Positions 39,018 to 48,139 of a stretch of 64,000 bases of DNA are shown in pieces; position 1 is the stretch's first letter; each line of letters opens with the position of its first letter. The DNA is taken from IMG/VR virus record IMGVR_UViG_3300008448_000044, positions 1-64,000 of that record. One strand, written 5' to 3'. The translations under genes and the position numbers were made by a program. A model generated the notes under the pieces. That model ran no database searches and had not been told where the DNA came from. It was given only the letters and a program-made list of their open reading frames with translations. This DNA is from a virus (Duplodnaviria; Caudoviricetes).

Positions 39018-39120
39018 AGTCAGGTGGCGGAATTGGTAGACGCTTAAAGAAAGCCGAAAGGTGGGTGTAAGTCCCTTAATGGTGTAAACTTCGTACAGGT
39101 TCGATTCCTGTCCTCGGTTA
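39018..39120 (+). ncRNA. tRNA-like RNA, AGTCAGG family
   Basis: Leu-like D arm GGCGGAATTGGTAGACGC, T-arm, no canonical anticodon loop. Confidence 0.6.
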
Positions 39121-39266
39121 CAAAAAATTAAAAGTTATGAATTATACAATAGAAAAGAAATGCCATGCTTGGATAGGAATATGGTGGCAAGTTAAAGAAG
39201 ATAAAGATATAGTCTTTAAGAGTAAACGAAAAAAAGATTGTGTGCTCTACGTGAACAATAAAATAT

Positions 39267-39365
39267 AGTTAGGTGGCGGAGAGGAAACGCTAACTATGAA
39301 TAGTCTGAGGAGTGGAACATAGTCCTATACTCCAATGACCGCAGGTTCGAATCCTGTCCTGACTA
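39267..39365 (+). ncRNA. tRNA-like RNA, AGTCAGG family
   Basis: AGTTAGG/CCTGACT-A acceptor, T-arm GCAGG-TTCGAAT-CCTGT, aberrant middle. Confidence 0.6.
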
Positions 39366-39379
39366 CAAAAAGTAAAAAT

Positions 39380-39571
39380 ATGGAATTGATATTGTATGGG
39401 ATTATCGGAAGTTTGATTGGTAGTTTAATTGTGTTAATTACAATAAATCTATTTAAGTCAAAACCATCAATTGACTATCAGGAGTTGATTAAACAATCTG
39501 AAGAACGATTAGAGAAGTCAAAAAAATATGGTGAAGAGTTAGATAGAATGTTGGAGGAAATGAAAAAATAA
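39380..39571 (+). CDS. small membrane-anchored protein
   Basis: N-terminal TM helix plus coiled coil. Confidence 0.55.
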   Translation: MELILYGIIGSLIGSLIVLITINLFKSKPSIDYQELIKQSEERLEKSKKYGEELDRMLEEMKK

Positions 39572-39733
39572 ATAAAATGGAAAATAAAGAATGGAATCCA
39601 AATGATTGGCAAGGTAAACGCAAAGACCAAGTTGACTACGCAAGCGCGATAACTTTTATTTCAATTGTTTTTGGAATTGTAGTTGGAATTGTGGTTTGTT
39701 TTTTATATCTTTGTAATGTTATTTGATTGAAAC

Positions 39734-39820
39734 GCTTGGGTGGTGGAATGGTAGACACGAGGGACTTAAAATCCCTTGGCCAATGCGGCCGTGAGGGTTC
39801 GAGTCCCTCCCCGAGTACCA
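39734..39820 (+). tRNA. tRNA-Leu(TAA)
   Basis: AGGGA-CTTAAAA-TCCCT arm; variable arm; CCA. Confidence 0.95.
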
Positions 39821-39824
39821 AAAT

Positions 39825-39897
39825 TGGTACGTAGCTCAATGGTGAGAGCACGACGCTTATATCGTCACGGTTATGGGTTCGAATCCCATCGTACCAA
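39825..39897 (+). tRNA. tRNA-Ile(TAT)
   Basis: GACG-CTTATAT-CGTC arm; A73. Confidence 0.85.
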
Positions 39898-39903
39898 CAA
39901 CTT

Positions 39904-39984
39904 GCCCGAGTGGTGGAATGGTAGACACGTAAGTCTTAGGAACTTATGTCGAATGACGTGTCGGTTCGAGTCCGACCTTGGGTA
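39904..39984 (+). tRNA. tRNA-Leu(TAG)
   Basis: TAAGT-CTTAGGA-ACTTA arm; variable arm. Confidence 0.93.
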
Positions 39985-39989
39985 CGAAA

Positions 39990-40545
39990 CCGTGGTAATG
40001 TTAGTAGGATGAGGCTGCAATCGGATTCCTTTAAACAACGCGTGAGGGGCAGCTTTCACGATGTGGCTGATAACCCACGGCGACTAAAGACCCCACGATT
40101 AACAGAGATATCCGACTGTTATGGTGTGTGAACCTGACTTGAAGGCTTCAAGGCTATGGGGGAGGCTACACAGGTTAGGTAAGGATTCCTCATTATGGAT
40201 TGAGAGGGTAAGGGGCTTTAATTAGTCGTGTTGTAATCCACAAGTTGTAGAAATACTGAACAATTCTACAATATACACTCTGGCTTCCGAGTGAGACCCG
40301 CCAAGTAACTATGGGGGTAGGGTGAAGATGTTCTGAGGGCAGCACTGAACGCTATACACGAAAGACTATGACTCACTTGATTAGGTTAGTAGGTATGGAC
40401 GGAGTGTGAAAGTAGAAACCCACCGTGGATGGTTACTATGGGCTAACGAATCTTAGTCATATCGGTGAGGGATATAACGTACATCAAATATAAGAAAAAC
40501 AAAAAGGTTCACCTGGACTGATGCAGGGACGATTCAGAACCTTTT
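39990..40545 (+). ncRNA. ~550-nt GC-rich structured non-coding region between tRNAs
   Basis: No credible ORF; helices CCGTGG/CCACGG, CGACTAA/TTAGTCG, TTGTAGAA/TTCTACAA, AAAAGGTTC/GAACCTTTT. Confidence 0.55.
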
Positions 40546-40551
40546 ATTTAT

Positions 40552-40629
40552 GGTGTCGGTAGCTCAGTAGGTAGAGCAAAGGATTGAAACTCCTTGTGCC
40601 GAGCGGTTCGATTCCCTCCCACACCACCA
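40552..40629 (+). tRNA. tRNA-Phe(GAA), second copy
   Basis: AAGGA-TTGAAAC-TCCTT arm; CCA; imperfect acceptor/T stems. Confidence 0.8.
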
Positions 40630-40632
40630 AAT

Positions 40633-40705
40633 GCCCCTGTAGCTCAATTGGTAGAGCTCTTGATTTGTAATCAAGTGGTTGCAGGTTCGATTCCTGTCGG
40701 AGGCT
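40633..40705 (+). tRNA. tRNA-Thr(TGT)
   Basis: CTTGA-TTTGTAA-TCAAG arm. Confidence 0.9.
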
Positions 40706-40728
40706 CTAACAAACCAATATGTTTGATT

Positions 40729-40754
40729 CCCCATCTTTATAGGTGGGGTTTTTT
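40729..40754 (+). terminator. terminator ending tRNA array 2
   Basis: CCCCATCT-ttat-AGGTGGGG plus U-tract. Confidence 0.8.
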
Positions 40755-41229
40755 ATTTTCTTTGATTTAAAAGAAATTCTTTATAAACTAGAATGTGTAA
40801 ATGATACACAGTTAATACAAGTATTGCAAAAATCTCAAGCCAAAGTAAACCAAATAATAAACCGATAATCAATGAAATACAATAAATTATTGTATAGATT
40901 CTAAATCGTTTAGTTGTGTATAGGGAGTACAGACAGGATATAAAAAAAAGAACTGCGAACAGATTATGAACTGCAGGATATAAAGTAACCGAAAATGCGG
41001 TAAGTAACATCAGAAAAAGGGACGGGATTTTCCAATCCTTCAAATCAAAAAAGAAATAACTTGTTGTTGCGTTTATAAAAATGAATAATGGTTGTAATGG
41101 GGTTTCCCAATATTGGGATAAAGAAGTTAATTCACCACAAAAATAAATTAGAATAAATGGTTGAAGTAAAGAAATGAGAATTACAAATAGTCTTACGAAA
41201 AAATCTATATTCCCAAACAACCACCTCAT
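40753..41229 (-). CDS. multi-pass membrane protein
   Basis: About five hydrophobic helices. Confidence 0.65.
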   Translation of the reverse strand: MRWLFGNIDFFVRLFVILISLLQPFILIYFCGELTSLSQYWETPLQPLFIFINATTSYFFFDLKDWKIPSLFLMLLTAFSVTLYPAVHNLFAVLFFISCLYSLYTTKRFRIYTIIYCISLIIGLLFGLLWLEIFAILVLTVYHLHILVYKEFLLNQRK

Positions 41230-41313
41230 ATTAATAAATAGTTTACAAAAACATTAACCCTATTTTAATTAATGGGGTTTTTTTATATAAAAAAAGTTTT
41301 GTATATTTGCTTT

Positions 41314-41658
41314 ATGGAAGATAAATCAAAAGAGAAAATTTACGTTGACACTATTATATATCAACGACATAAGGGTTTCCCATTTCAATGGTTGGATATT
41401 AAACATATTGAATTTGAAGATGAGGATGTTATTCGTTTAGATTATATTGAGCCGTACTATTCTGATAATGATTCCTACGATGGTCATTTTTCAGGTATGG
41501 TTATTAGAAAAGTTGAAGAAACTGATGAACAGTATAATAATAGACAAGAAAGAATCGCTCAAGATGAAAAATGGGCGAAAGAACGTAGATACCAGAGTTA
41601 TCTAAAATTAAAGAAAGAATTTGAAAATGAAATCGATAAATCAAATATTCAGGGGTAA
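41314..41658 (+). CDS. hypothetical protein
   Basis: ORF after TATATTTG promoter. Confidence 0.6.
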   Translation: MEDKSKEKIYVDTIIYQRHKGFPFQWLDIKHIEFEDEDVIRLDYIEPYYSDNDSYDGHFSGMVIRKVEETDEQYNNRQERIAQDEKWAKERRYQSYLKLKKEFENEIDKSNIQG

Positions 41659-41935
41659 TGAACATTTAATGGATTTAAGTCCTGTTGAAGAATTAATTGA
41701 TTATACTCAGGAACTTGAAGACCAAGTTGTTGAGAACAGTCAGGTGATTGACCAAACTGTGGTATTAAAACAGTTAATCTCAGAGATTAAACAAAGTTGT
41801 TCTTCAATGATTGAGGAAGATGAAAAACACAGACGATGGCCAAACGACTTTGAAGAAGTGGATTTTAAAAACGCAATAAAAAATTTGAAAGAATATATCA
41901 TCACATATTGTTTAGACAATAAAATTAGATTATAA
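41627..41935 (+). CDS. hypothetical protein
   Basis: ORF in operon. Confidence 0.55.
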   Translation: MKSINQIFRGNEHLMDLSPVEELIDYTQELEDQVVENSQVIDQTVVLKQLISEIKQSCSSMIEEDEKHRRWPNDFEEVDFKNAIKNLKEYIITYCLDNKIRL

Positions 41936-41942
41936 TAAAGAT

Positions 41943-42365
41943 ATGGAAAAGAAAAAAATATATTTAGATGACGTAAGAACTCCAATTGTGAGAGATTGGG
42001 TTGTTGTTCGTTCTTACGATGATTTCGTGAATAAAGTTAATGAGATTGGATTGGAAAACATTAGTCTAATATCTTTAGACCACGATTTGGGTGACACTGC
42101 AATGATGGAATGGCATCGTAATGTTTATCATAATTACGAATTAAATTATGATAATATTACCGAAAAAACTGGTATGGATTGTACTAAATGGTTGGTTGAA
42201 CAATGGATGGATGGTAAACCCGTTGTTGATGTTGTTATTCACTCAGCAAATGCGATTGGTAGTGCGAATATGATGGGTTATATTAATAACTACCGACATA
42301 TCCACAGATTACCACAAAACTGTGTGAGAGTTCAATGGGAACATACAATAGAAAATGTTTTTTAA
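41943..42365 (+). CDS. cyclic-phosphate-processing receiver-domain protein
   Basis: IYLDDVR.P, ISLDHDLG, TGMDC, IHSAN..G motifs. Confidence 0.8.
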   Translation: MEKKKIYLDDVRTPIVRDWVVVRSYDDFVNKVNEIGLENISLISLDHDLGDTAMMEWHRNVYHNYELNYDNITEKTGMDCTKWLVEQWMDGKPVVDVVIHSANAIGSANMMGYINNYRHIHRLPQNCVRVQWEHTIENVF

Positions 42366-42367
42366 TT

Positions 42368-42715
42368 ATGAAAGTAAACATTAATGATATCGGTGGAAAA
42401 GTTATTAGAGATAATGACACCTACATTGTAGAAGATAATGTTTTTTTGAGTAATTTAGTATTATCAAAAACAACGTTACACCCTGGTAAAGAAACTACAG
42501 GACATTCCCACGAAGGATTAGAGGAAGTTTATTTCTTCATCAAAGGTTCGGGTATTATGTTACTTAAAACTGAAACTGAGGAAACTCGTTTATCTGTAAG
42601 AAGTGGGGATGTTGTATTAATTCCTGATGGGGCATTCCATAAAGTGTTTAATACTGAAGAAGGTGTTACTGAAGATTTGGAATTTGTTTGTGTGTTTCAA
42701 AAATACGAAAGATAA
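42368..42715 (+). CDS. cupin domain protein
   Basis: GHSHEGLEEVYFF...GDVVLIPDGAFHKV. Confidence 0.85.
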   Translation: MKVNINDIGGKVIRDNDTYIVEDNVFLSNLVLSKTTLHPGKETTGHSHEGLEEVYFFIKGSGIMLLKTETEETRLSVRSGDVVLIPDGAFHKVFNTEEGVTEDLEFVCVFQKYER

Positions 42716-43203
42716 TGAATATTTTCATTTTAGATTGGGATGTAAAAAAATGCGCTCAGTATCATGTTGACAAACACGTAGTCAAGATGATACTTGAGAC
42801 CGCACAACTATTGTGTGGTGTTCATCATATGACCGACCAAGTAACCGACCAAGTACCGTACAAGTTATCACATAAAAATCATCCATGCGCGATTTGGGCT
42901 CGTGAAAGTTTGTCAAATTATCTGTATTTGTGTGAACTTGGTTTAGAGTTGTGTAATGAGTACACTTATCGTTATGGTAAACGTCACAAATCTTTAGAAG
43001 TTATTATGTGGTGTATTTCAAATAGACCTAATATCCCCGATAAAGGATTTACAGAACCCGCAAAAGCAATGCCTGATGAGTTTAAAGTTAAAGACGTTGT
43101 TCAGTCGTATAGGAATTATTATTTGGGAGCTAAATCAGGTTTTGCAAATTGGAAAAACCGACAAACTCCTAATTGGTTTAACAAAGAATTAGTTTATGAA
43201 TAA
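42715..43203 (+). CDS. pyrimidine-dimer DNA glycosylase-like (DenV family)
   Basis: MNIFILD...DKHVVKMILETAQLL...HKNHPCAIW...YRYGKRH. Confidence 0.8.
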   Translation: MNIFILDWDVKKCAQYHVDKHVVKMILETAQLLCGVHHMTDQVTDQVPYKLSHKNHPCAIWARESLSNYLYLCELGLELCNEYTYRYGKRHKSLEVIMWCISNRPNIPDKGFTEPAKAMPDEFKVKDVVQSYRNYYLGAKSGFANWKNRQTPNWFNKELVYE

Positions 43204-43576
43204 ATTCAATATTGCAGTAATTGCTCATGACAATAAAAAGGCCGATATGGTGGCATTTATTATGAAACGATTACAATTTTTTAAAGAAAAAGTTAGTATA
43301 TTTGCAACAGGAACTACAGGTAAACATATTGAGTTTGCTGGTTTAGATGTTACAAGATTTGTGTCAGGACCTTTGGGTGGAGACGCTCAAATTGCCTCAA
43401 TGATTGTTGATAAAAAAATAGATTGTGTGATTTTCTTTATTGACCCTTTATCGGCACATCCACATGAAGTAGATGTTCAGATGTTAGTTAGGATTTGTAA
43501 CGTTACTGATACACCAATAGCCTGTAACTATTCCACCGCAAATATGTTAATTAGTTACTTACAAAATAAAAATTAA
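43196..43576 (+). CDS. mgsA: methylglyoxal synthase
   Basis: IAHDNKK, ATGTTG, SGPLGGDAQI, DPLSAHPHEVD. Confidence 0.93.
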   Translation: MNKFNIAVIAHDNKKADMVAFIMKRLQFFKEKVSIFATGTTGKHIEFAGLDVTRFVSGPLGGDAQIASMIVDKKIDCVIFFIDPLSAHPHEVDVQMLVRICNVTDTPIACNYSTANMLISYLQNKN

Positions 43577-43579
43577 AAA

Positions 43580-44248
43580 ATGATTAAAATAACTGAAATA
43601 TCAAAAGGTAAATTTCCTGATGTATGGATATTTTCAGACCCTCACTACAACCACAAAAATATTTGTCGTGGTGTGACGAATTGGCGTTTACCTGATGGGA
43701 CAGTTCCTATTAACCAAACTAGGGATTTTCCTGATTTGGATAGAATGAACGCAACTATTGTAAACAACATTAACGAGGTTGTAATGCAAGATGACATTTT
43801 GATTTGTCTTGGTGACTGGTCTTTTGGCGGGTTTGAGTCTATCAAAGAATTTTGGGATAGAATTGTTTGTAAAAACATTCACCTTGTTCTTGGAAACCAC
43901 GACCACCACATCGAAAGAAACCGAGATGGTATTAGAGGGTTGTTTAAAAGTGTAGAGTATTATGACACACTTGTTATTGGGAATTACTCTTTCAAATTAA
44001 TGCACTACCCAATTAGTTCTTGGGATGGTCTTAACAAAGGTGTTATGCACTTACACGGTCACTGTCACTTACCAACAAATAAAAGATTTGGTCTCGGTCA
44101 ACGTATGGATGTAGGAATGGATGGTCACCCTGAATTCCGACCATACCACGTAATCCGTGAGTGTGTTCCATTATTGAAAAACCGACCAATCAAATCTGAA
44201 ATTGGTGATGACCACCATACTGAAGAAATGAAAGGAGTCGTTGGTTAA
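43580..44248 (+). CDS. calcineurin-like metallophosphoesterase
   Basis: SDPH, LGD, GNHD, HYP, HGHCH. Confidence 0.9.
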   Translation: MIKITEISKGKFPDVWIFSDPHYNHKNICRGVTNWRLPDGTVPINQTRDFPDLDRMNATIVNNINEVVMQDDILICLGDWSFGGFESIKEFWDRIVCKNIHLVLGNHDHHIERNRDGIRGLFKSVEYYDTLVIGNYSFKLMHYPISSWDGLNKGVMHLHGHCHLPTNKRFGLGQRMDVGMDGHPEFRPYHVIRECVPLLKNRPIKSEIGDDHHTEEMKGVVG

Positions 44249-44250
44249 GC

Positions 44251-45075
44251 ATGAGTAAAATTATTGAGATATTTAAAAAGTTCAAATATGAATTGATATG
44301 GATTTATTTATTCATGTTGTTTACTGAACTATCTATTCTGGCAACCCCATTTTTACTTGGTAAAAGTATTGATGGGTTGCTAGGTGGTACTTATTATTGG
44401 TTGGTATTATTGGGATTGTCGTATTTCTTATCGACTTTCTTTCATTATAAAAGGATGGTTTATGACACCAAAGTTTATACTAAAATTTACAACAACATTG
44501 TATTCGATTTTTTAAAAACTAATGATACTGACACATCAACAAAAGTTGCTAGAACTGAAATGGCGAATGAAATAGTTCATGTACTTGAGGGTTATGTTCA
44601 TTATTATATTGCAACAATAGTGACAATTATAGGGTCAATTGGTTTCATATATTATGAAAATTGGAAAGTTGGGATTTTGGTGACTTTTGCAATGATTTCA
44701 ATTATTTTGGTTGGTATGGTTTACTATAAAAAAATCCAACAATCAATACGAGTTAGAAATAACCATAACGAAAAGAAAGCTAAGTCATTAGAGGAGGGGT
44801 ATGAACAGTCAATATTGTTTTTCAAACGGATGAGGAGATTGAATATATATGATTCAACAATTCAAGGAAAAAATTGGTTTTTGATTGGTTTGATTAAAAA
44901 TATATTTTTGTTTATCTCCATTATATTATTGGGGATTACAACAATAGACATTACAATTGGCAATATTATTACTGTATATTCATATGTTAATAACTTCTTA
45001 ATATCATTATTATCTGTGCCTGTTGCAATTGAGATGTATACAAGATTAACTGATGTTTTTAAAAGAATTGGGTAA
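44251..45075 (+). CDS. stand-alone ABC transporter transmembrane domain protein
   Basis: Six TM pattern, PFLLGKSIDGL, YDTKVYT; no NBD adjacent. Confidence 0.7.
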   Translation: MSKIIEIFKKFKYELIWIYLFMLFTELSILATPFLLGKSIDGLLGGTYYWLVLLGLSYFLSTFFHYKRMVYDTKVYTKIYNNIVFDFLKTNDTDTSTKVARTEMANEIVHVLEGYVHYYIATIVTIIGSIGFIYYENWKVGILVTFAMISIILVGMVYYKKIQQSIRVRNNHNEKKAKSLEEGYEQSILFFKRMRRLNIYDSTIQGKNWFLIGLIKNIFLFISIILLGITTIDITIGNIITVYSYVNNFLISLLSVPVAIEMYTRLTDVFKRIG

Positions 45076-45273
45076 ATTATGAAAAAAAATTTTAAGACAA
45101 TAACAATTAGTGTTGAGTTATCAAGTGAGGATAATTTGGAAAAAATCACATCAAAGATGATTAAGAAATTATCTAAATGTGCAACTAAGGTTGTAAACTC
45201 AAAAAATATTAACTTGGATTCAATAAATGTACATCAATTTCCTTTAAACATTAATTAATTTATATATTTTTGT

Positions 45274-45459
45274 GTGATGAAAAAACCCTGTAAAGAATGT
45301 CCTCATTTTATCAAGAATCGTCATAACGATATGATTGTGGGGTTCGGTAAAAGAATGGGCAAGAAACACAATTGTCATATGACGGAGGGTAAAAAAGATT
45401 TGTGGAATGTAACGGATAATAAACTTGAATGTTACGGTAGTAAAACTGAAAACAAGTAA
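45274..45459 (+). CDS. small Cys/His protein
   Basis: KPCKECP...CHM...C. Confidence 0.5.
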   Translation: MMKKPCKECPHFIKNRHNDMIVGFGKRMGKKHNCHMTEGKKDLWNVTDNKLECYGSKTENK

Positions 45460-45460
45460 T

Positions 45461-45985
45461 ATGGATTTAACTAAACTAACAATGAACGAACTTATTTCTT
45501 TGAGAAATAAAATTGAGAACCTTATTCATTCTTATGATGATGGGTATCTTTACATTTGTTCTGTTCGTCAGTTTGGTAGTGTTTGGGAAGAAAGACCTAA
45601 AAGTTTACATTCTTTAAGGGAGCTTTGTGATTCGTATTACGGAGATAATGGTATTGTTGACGTATATACCAATAACCCAAACTTGGAATATCCTGAAATG
45701 GAATTCGAAAATTATGGTGATGTTATGTACATCCGTTCAGAAGGTGATTACAGACAATGGATTGAACACACCAAAAGGAAAAACCTTATTGAGGATGTAA
45801 CACAACGACTTGATGAGTGGGAAGAAAGTAAAAATTTACCATTTAAGTACCGTCCTTCCTTTGCTCCACATTGGACAAGAGAAGATGTTAATGAATGGAT
45901 TACAGAATTTGAAAATGCGGTTTGGGAATTTGAACCCCCAAGAGATATGAAACCGAAGTATTTTGATGATGAAATAGAAGATTAA
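45461..45985 (+). CDS. hypothetical protein
   Basis: ORF in operon. Confidence 0.6.
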   Translation: MDLTKLTMNELISLRNKIENLIHSYDDGYLYICSVRQFGSVWEERPKSLHSLRELCDSYYGDNGIVDVYTNNPNLEYPEMEFENYGDVMYIRSEGDYRQWIEHTKRKNLIEDVTQRLDEWEESKNLPFKYRPSFAPHWTREDVNEWITEFENAVWEFEPPRDMKPKYFDDEIED

Positions 45986-45986
45986 T

Positions 45987-46997
45987 ATGGACAGAAAATT
46001 AACGAGCATACGAAAAATTAGTGATTTATCCCCAATTGAAGGTGCGGATAAAATTGAGTTAGCAACAATTGATGGATGGAAAGTTGTCGTTGCAAAAGAT
46101 GTTAACCATAAGGTTGGTGACTTGGTTGTTTACTGTGAGGTAGATTCTTTTTTACCAATCAGGGAAGAATTTGAATTCTTGAGAAAGAGTTCATATAAAA
46201 AAATGGGAGACCAAGAAGGATTCCGTTTAAAGACAATTAGATTAAGAGGTCAATTATCTCAGGGTTTGATTTTACCAATCCACATTTTACCTTTTGGTGC
46301 GTTCCATGAAGGACAAGATGTTACTGAAGTATTGGGTATTGTTAAATACGAACCACCAGTTCCCGCAGAATTAGCTGGTAAGGTAAAAGGTTTGTTCCCG
46401 TCTTTCATCCGTAAAACTGATGAAGAAAGAGTTCAAAACTTGGCAAAAGAATATCAAGAATACCAAGTGACTTCAAAACATAAGTTTTATGTAACTGAAA
46501 AATTGGATGGTTCTTCATCAACATTTTTCTTAAAAGATGGTGTGTTTGGAGTTTGTTCTCGTAATTTGGAGTTATTGGAAACTGAAGGAAATACTTTCTG
46601 GAAAGTTGCTCGTGAATTGAATTTAGAGAAATTGATGAGCAATGTTGAATTTAATATTTGTTTACAAGGAGAGTTAATTGGTGAAGGAATCCAAGGAAAC
46701 CCTTACAAAATCAAAGGACAAACAGTTAGATTTTTCAACGGATTTAACATCGATACCCAAGAAAACATTTCGTTCTTAGAGTTTGTTGAGTTGGTACAAA
46801 AAATGGGATTAAAAACAGTTCCTATTTTGGATTACGATTTCTTGTTACCTAAAACTATTGATGGTATGTTAGAATATGCGGATAATAAATCCGAGTTGAA
46901 CTCTAACTTTGATAGAGAAGGTGTAGTTGTTAGGTCTTACGATAGAACTGTTAGTTTCAAGGCAATCAGTAATAAATTTTTATTGAACGAAAAATAG
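45987..46997 (+). CDS. RNA ligase, Rnl2/DRB0094-type
   Basis: N-terminal PIEGADKIE..RLRGQLSQG module; motif I EKLDGS, GELIG, EGVV, KAISNKFL. Confidence 0.9.
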   Translation: MDRKLTSIRKISDLSPIEGADKIELATIDGWKVVVAKDVNHKVGDLVVYCEVDSFLPIREEFEFLRKSSYKKMGDQEGFRLKTIRLRGQLSQGLILPIHILPFGAFHEGQDVTEVLGIVKYEPPVPAELAGKVKGLFPSFIRKTDEERVQNLAKEYQEYQVTSKHKFYVTEKLDGSSSTFFLKDGVFGVCSRNLELLETEGNTFWKVARELNLEKLMSNVEFNICLQGELIGEGIQGNPYKIKGQTVRFFNGFNIDTQENISFLEFVELVQKMGLKTVPILDYDFLLPKTIDGMLEYADNKSELNSNFDREGVVVRSYDRTVSFKAISNKFLLNEK

Positions 46998-47012
46998 TTG
47001 TATATTTGCAAC

Positions 47013-48071
47013 ATGTTAGAAGTTTTAGAAAAATATCATAATGAAGGGTTGGTGTACAAACAAGTACACCCAACTCTTCCTTTGACTATATGGAATTATT
47101 CTGAAAAAGTTCAATACGAAGGATTGTGGGATGAAATAACATTACAAGCTAGAGGTTTAGTAACTGATGACAAAGGTAATGTGGTTGCTCGACCATTTAA
47201 AAAATTCTTTAATTTAGAAGAAAAAAAACATACTTCTACTGATGAATTTGAAGTTTTTGAAAAAATGGATGGTTCTTTGGGGATACTTTTTTATTATGGT
47301 GGTGAGTGGGTATTTGCAACAAGAGGGTCATTTACTTCAGACCAATCAATAAAAGGTTCTGATATGTTAAAAAGTTATAAGTATGATAGTTTACATAAAA
47401 ACTACACTTATCTGTTTGAGATAATATATCAAGAAAACAGAATAGTTTGTCAATACGATTTTGAGGATTTGGTTCTATTGGGTATGATAGAAACTAAAAC
47501 AGGTTATGAAGTAAACTTATACGACGAGGGTGAGGATATAAGGTTTAAAAATTTAATATCCAACTTAGGATTTAAAGTTGTACAACGGTTTGATAAATTC
47601 AAAGACTATCAATATTTGAAACAAGCAATACCTGATAATAAAGAAGGTTATGTCGTCAAATTTTCTAATGGAGACCGAATGAAAATAAAAGGTGAAGAAT
47701 ATCTACGTCTCCATAAAATAATGACTAATCTATCTACAACTTCAGTTTGGGAGGTTTTGAGTACTGGCGGAAAAATGGAAAATTTATTAAAAGATGTTCC
47801 TGACGAGTTCTATAAAAAAATAAAAGAGTATGAGAAGAGTTTAAGATATGCTTTTTATCAAGTTTCAGAATATTGTGGTAAATCTCATGATTATTTCCGA
47901 TATGGGAAATATAATGACATAGAAGTTGAGCCTACAAAAAAACAGTTTGCTGAACATGTGATGAAAAATTGTCATCCGCCTTATAGACCTGTAATGTTTG
48001 CAATGTGGGATAGAAAACCATATGACCAAATAATATGGAAAATGTTAAAACCTGAATTTAGAAAACTTTAA
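47013..48071 (+). CDS. RNA ligase, T4 Rnl1-type
   Basis: ARGLV, PFKKFFN, EKMDGS, ATRGSF, FEII, EGYVV, KIK.EEY. Confidence 0.9.
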   Translation: MLEVLEKYHNEGLVYKQVHPTLPLTIWNYSEKVQYEGLWDEITLQARGLVTDDKGNVVARPFKKFFNLEEKKHTSTDEFEVFEKMDGSLGILFYYGGEWVFATRGSFTSDQSIKGSDMLKSYKYDSLHKNYTYLFEIIYQENRIVCQYDFEDLVLLGMIETKTGYEVNLYDEGEDIRFKNLISNLGFKVVQRFDKFKDYQYLKQAIPDNKEGYVVKFSNGDRMKIKGEEYLRLHKIMTNLSTTSVWEVLSTGGKMENLLKDVPDEFYKKIKEYEKSLRYAFYQVSEYCGKSHDYFRYGKYNDIEVEPTKKQFAEHVMKNCHPPYRPVMFAMWDRKPYDQIIWKMLKPEFRKL

Positions 48072-48139
48072 AAGTGTGACCATTTGTCACACTTTTTTTG
48101 TTTTTAATCTATTTATTATTAAAATAAATTTGATTTAAA

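Noticed and set aside
30100-40705. Stop-codon reassignment or suppressor tRNA
   Set aside because: No CTA/TTA/TCA anticodons; genes are intact under code 11 and all three stop codons are used.
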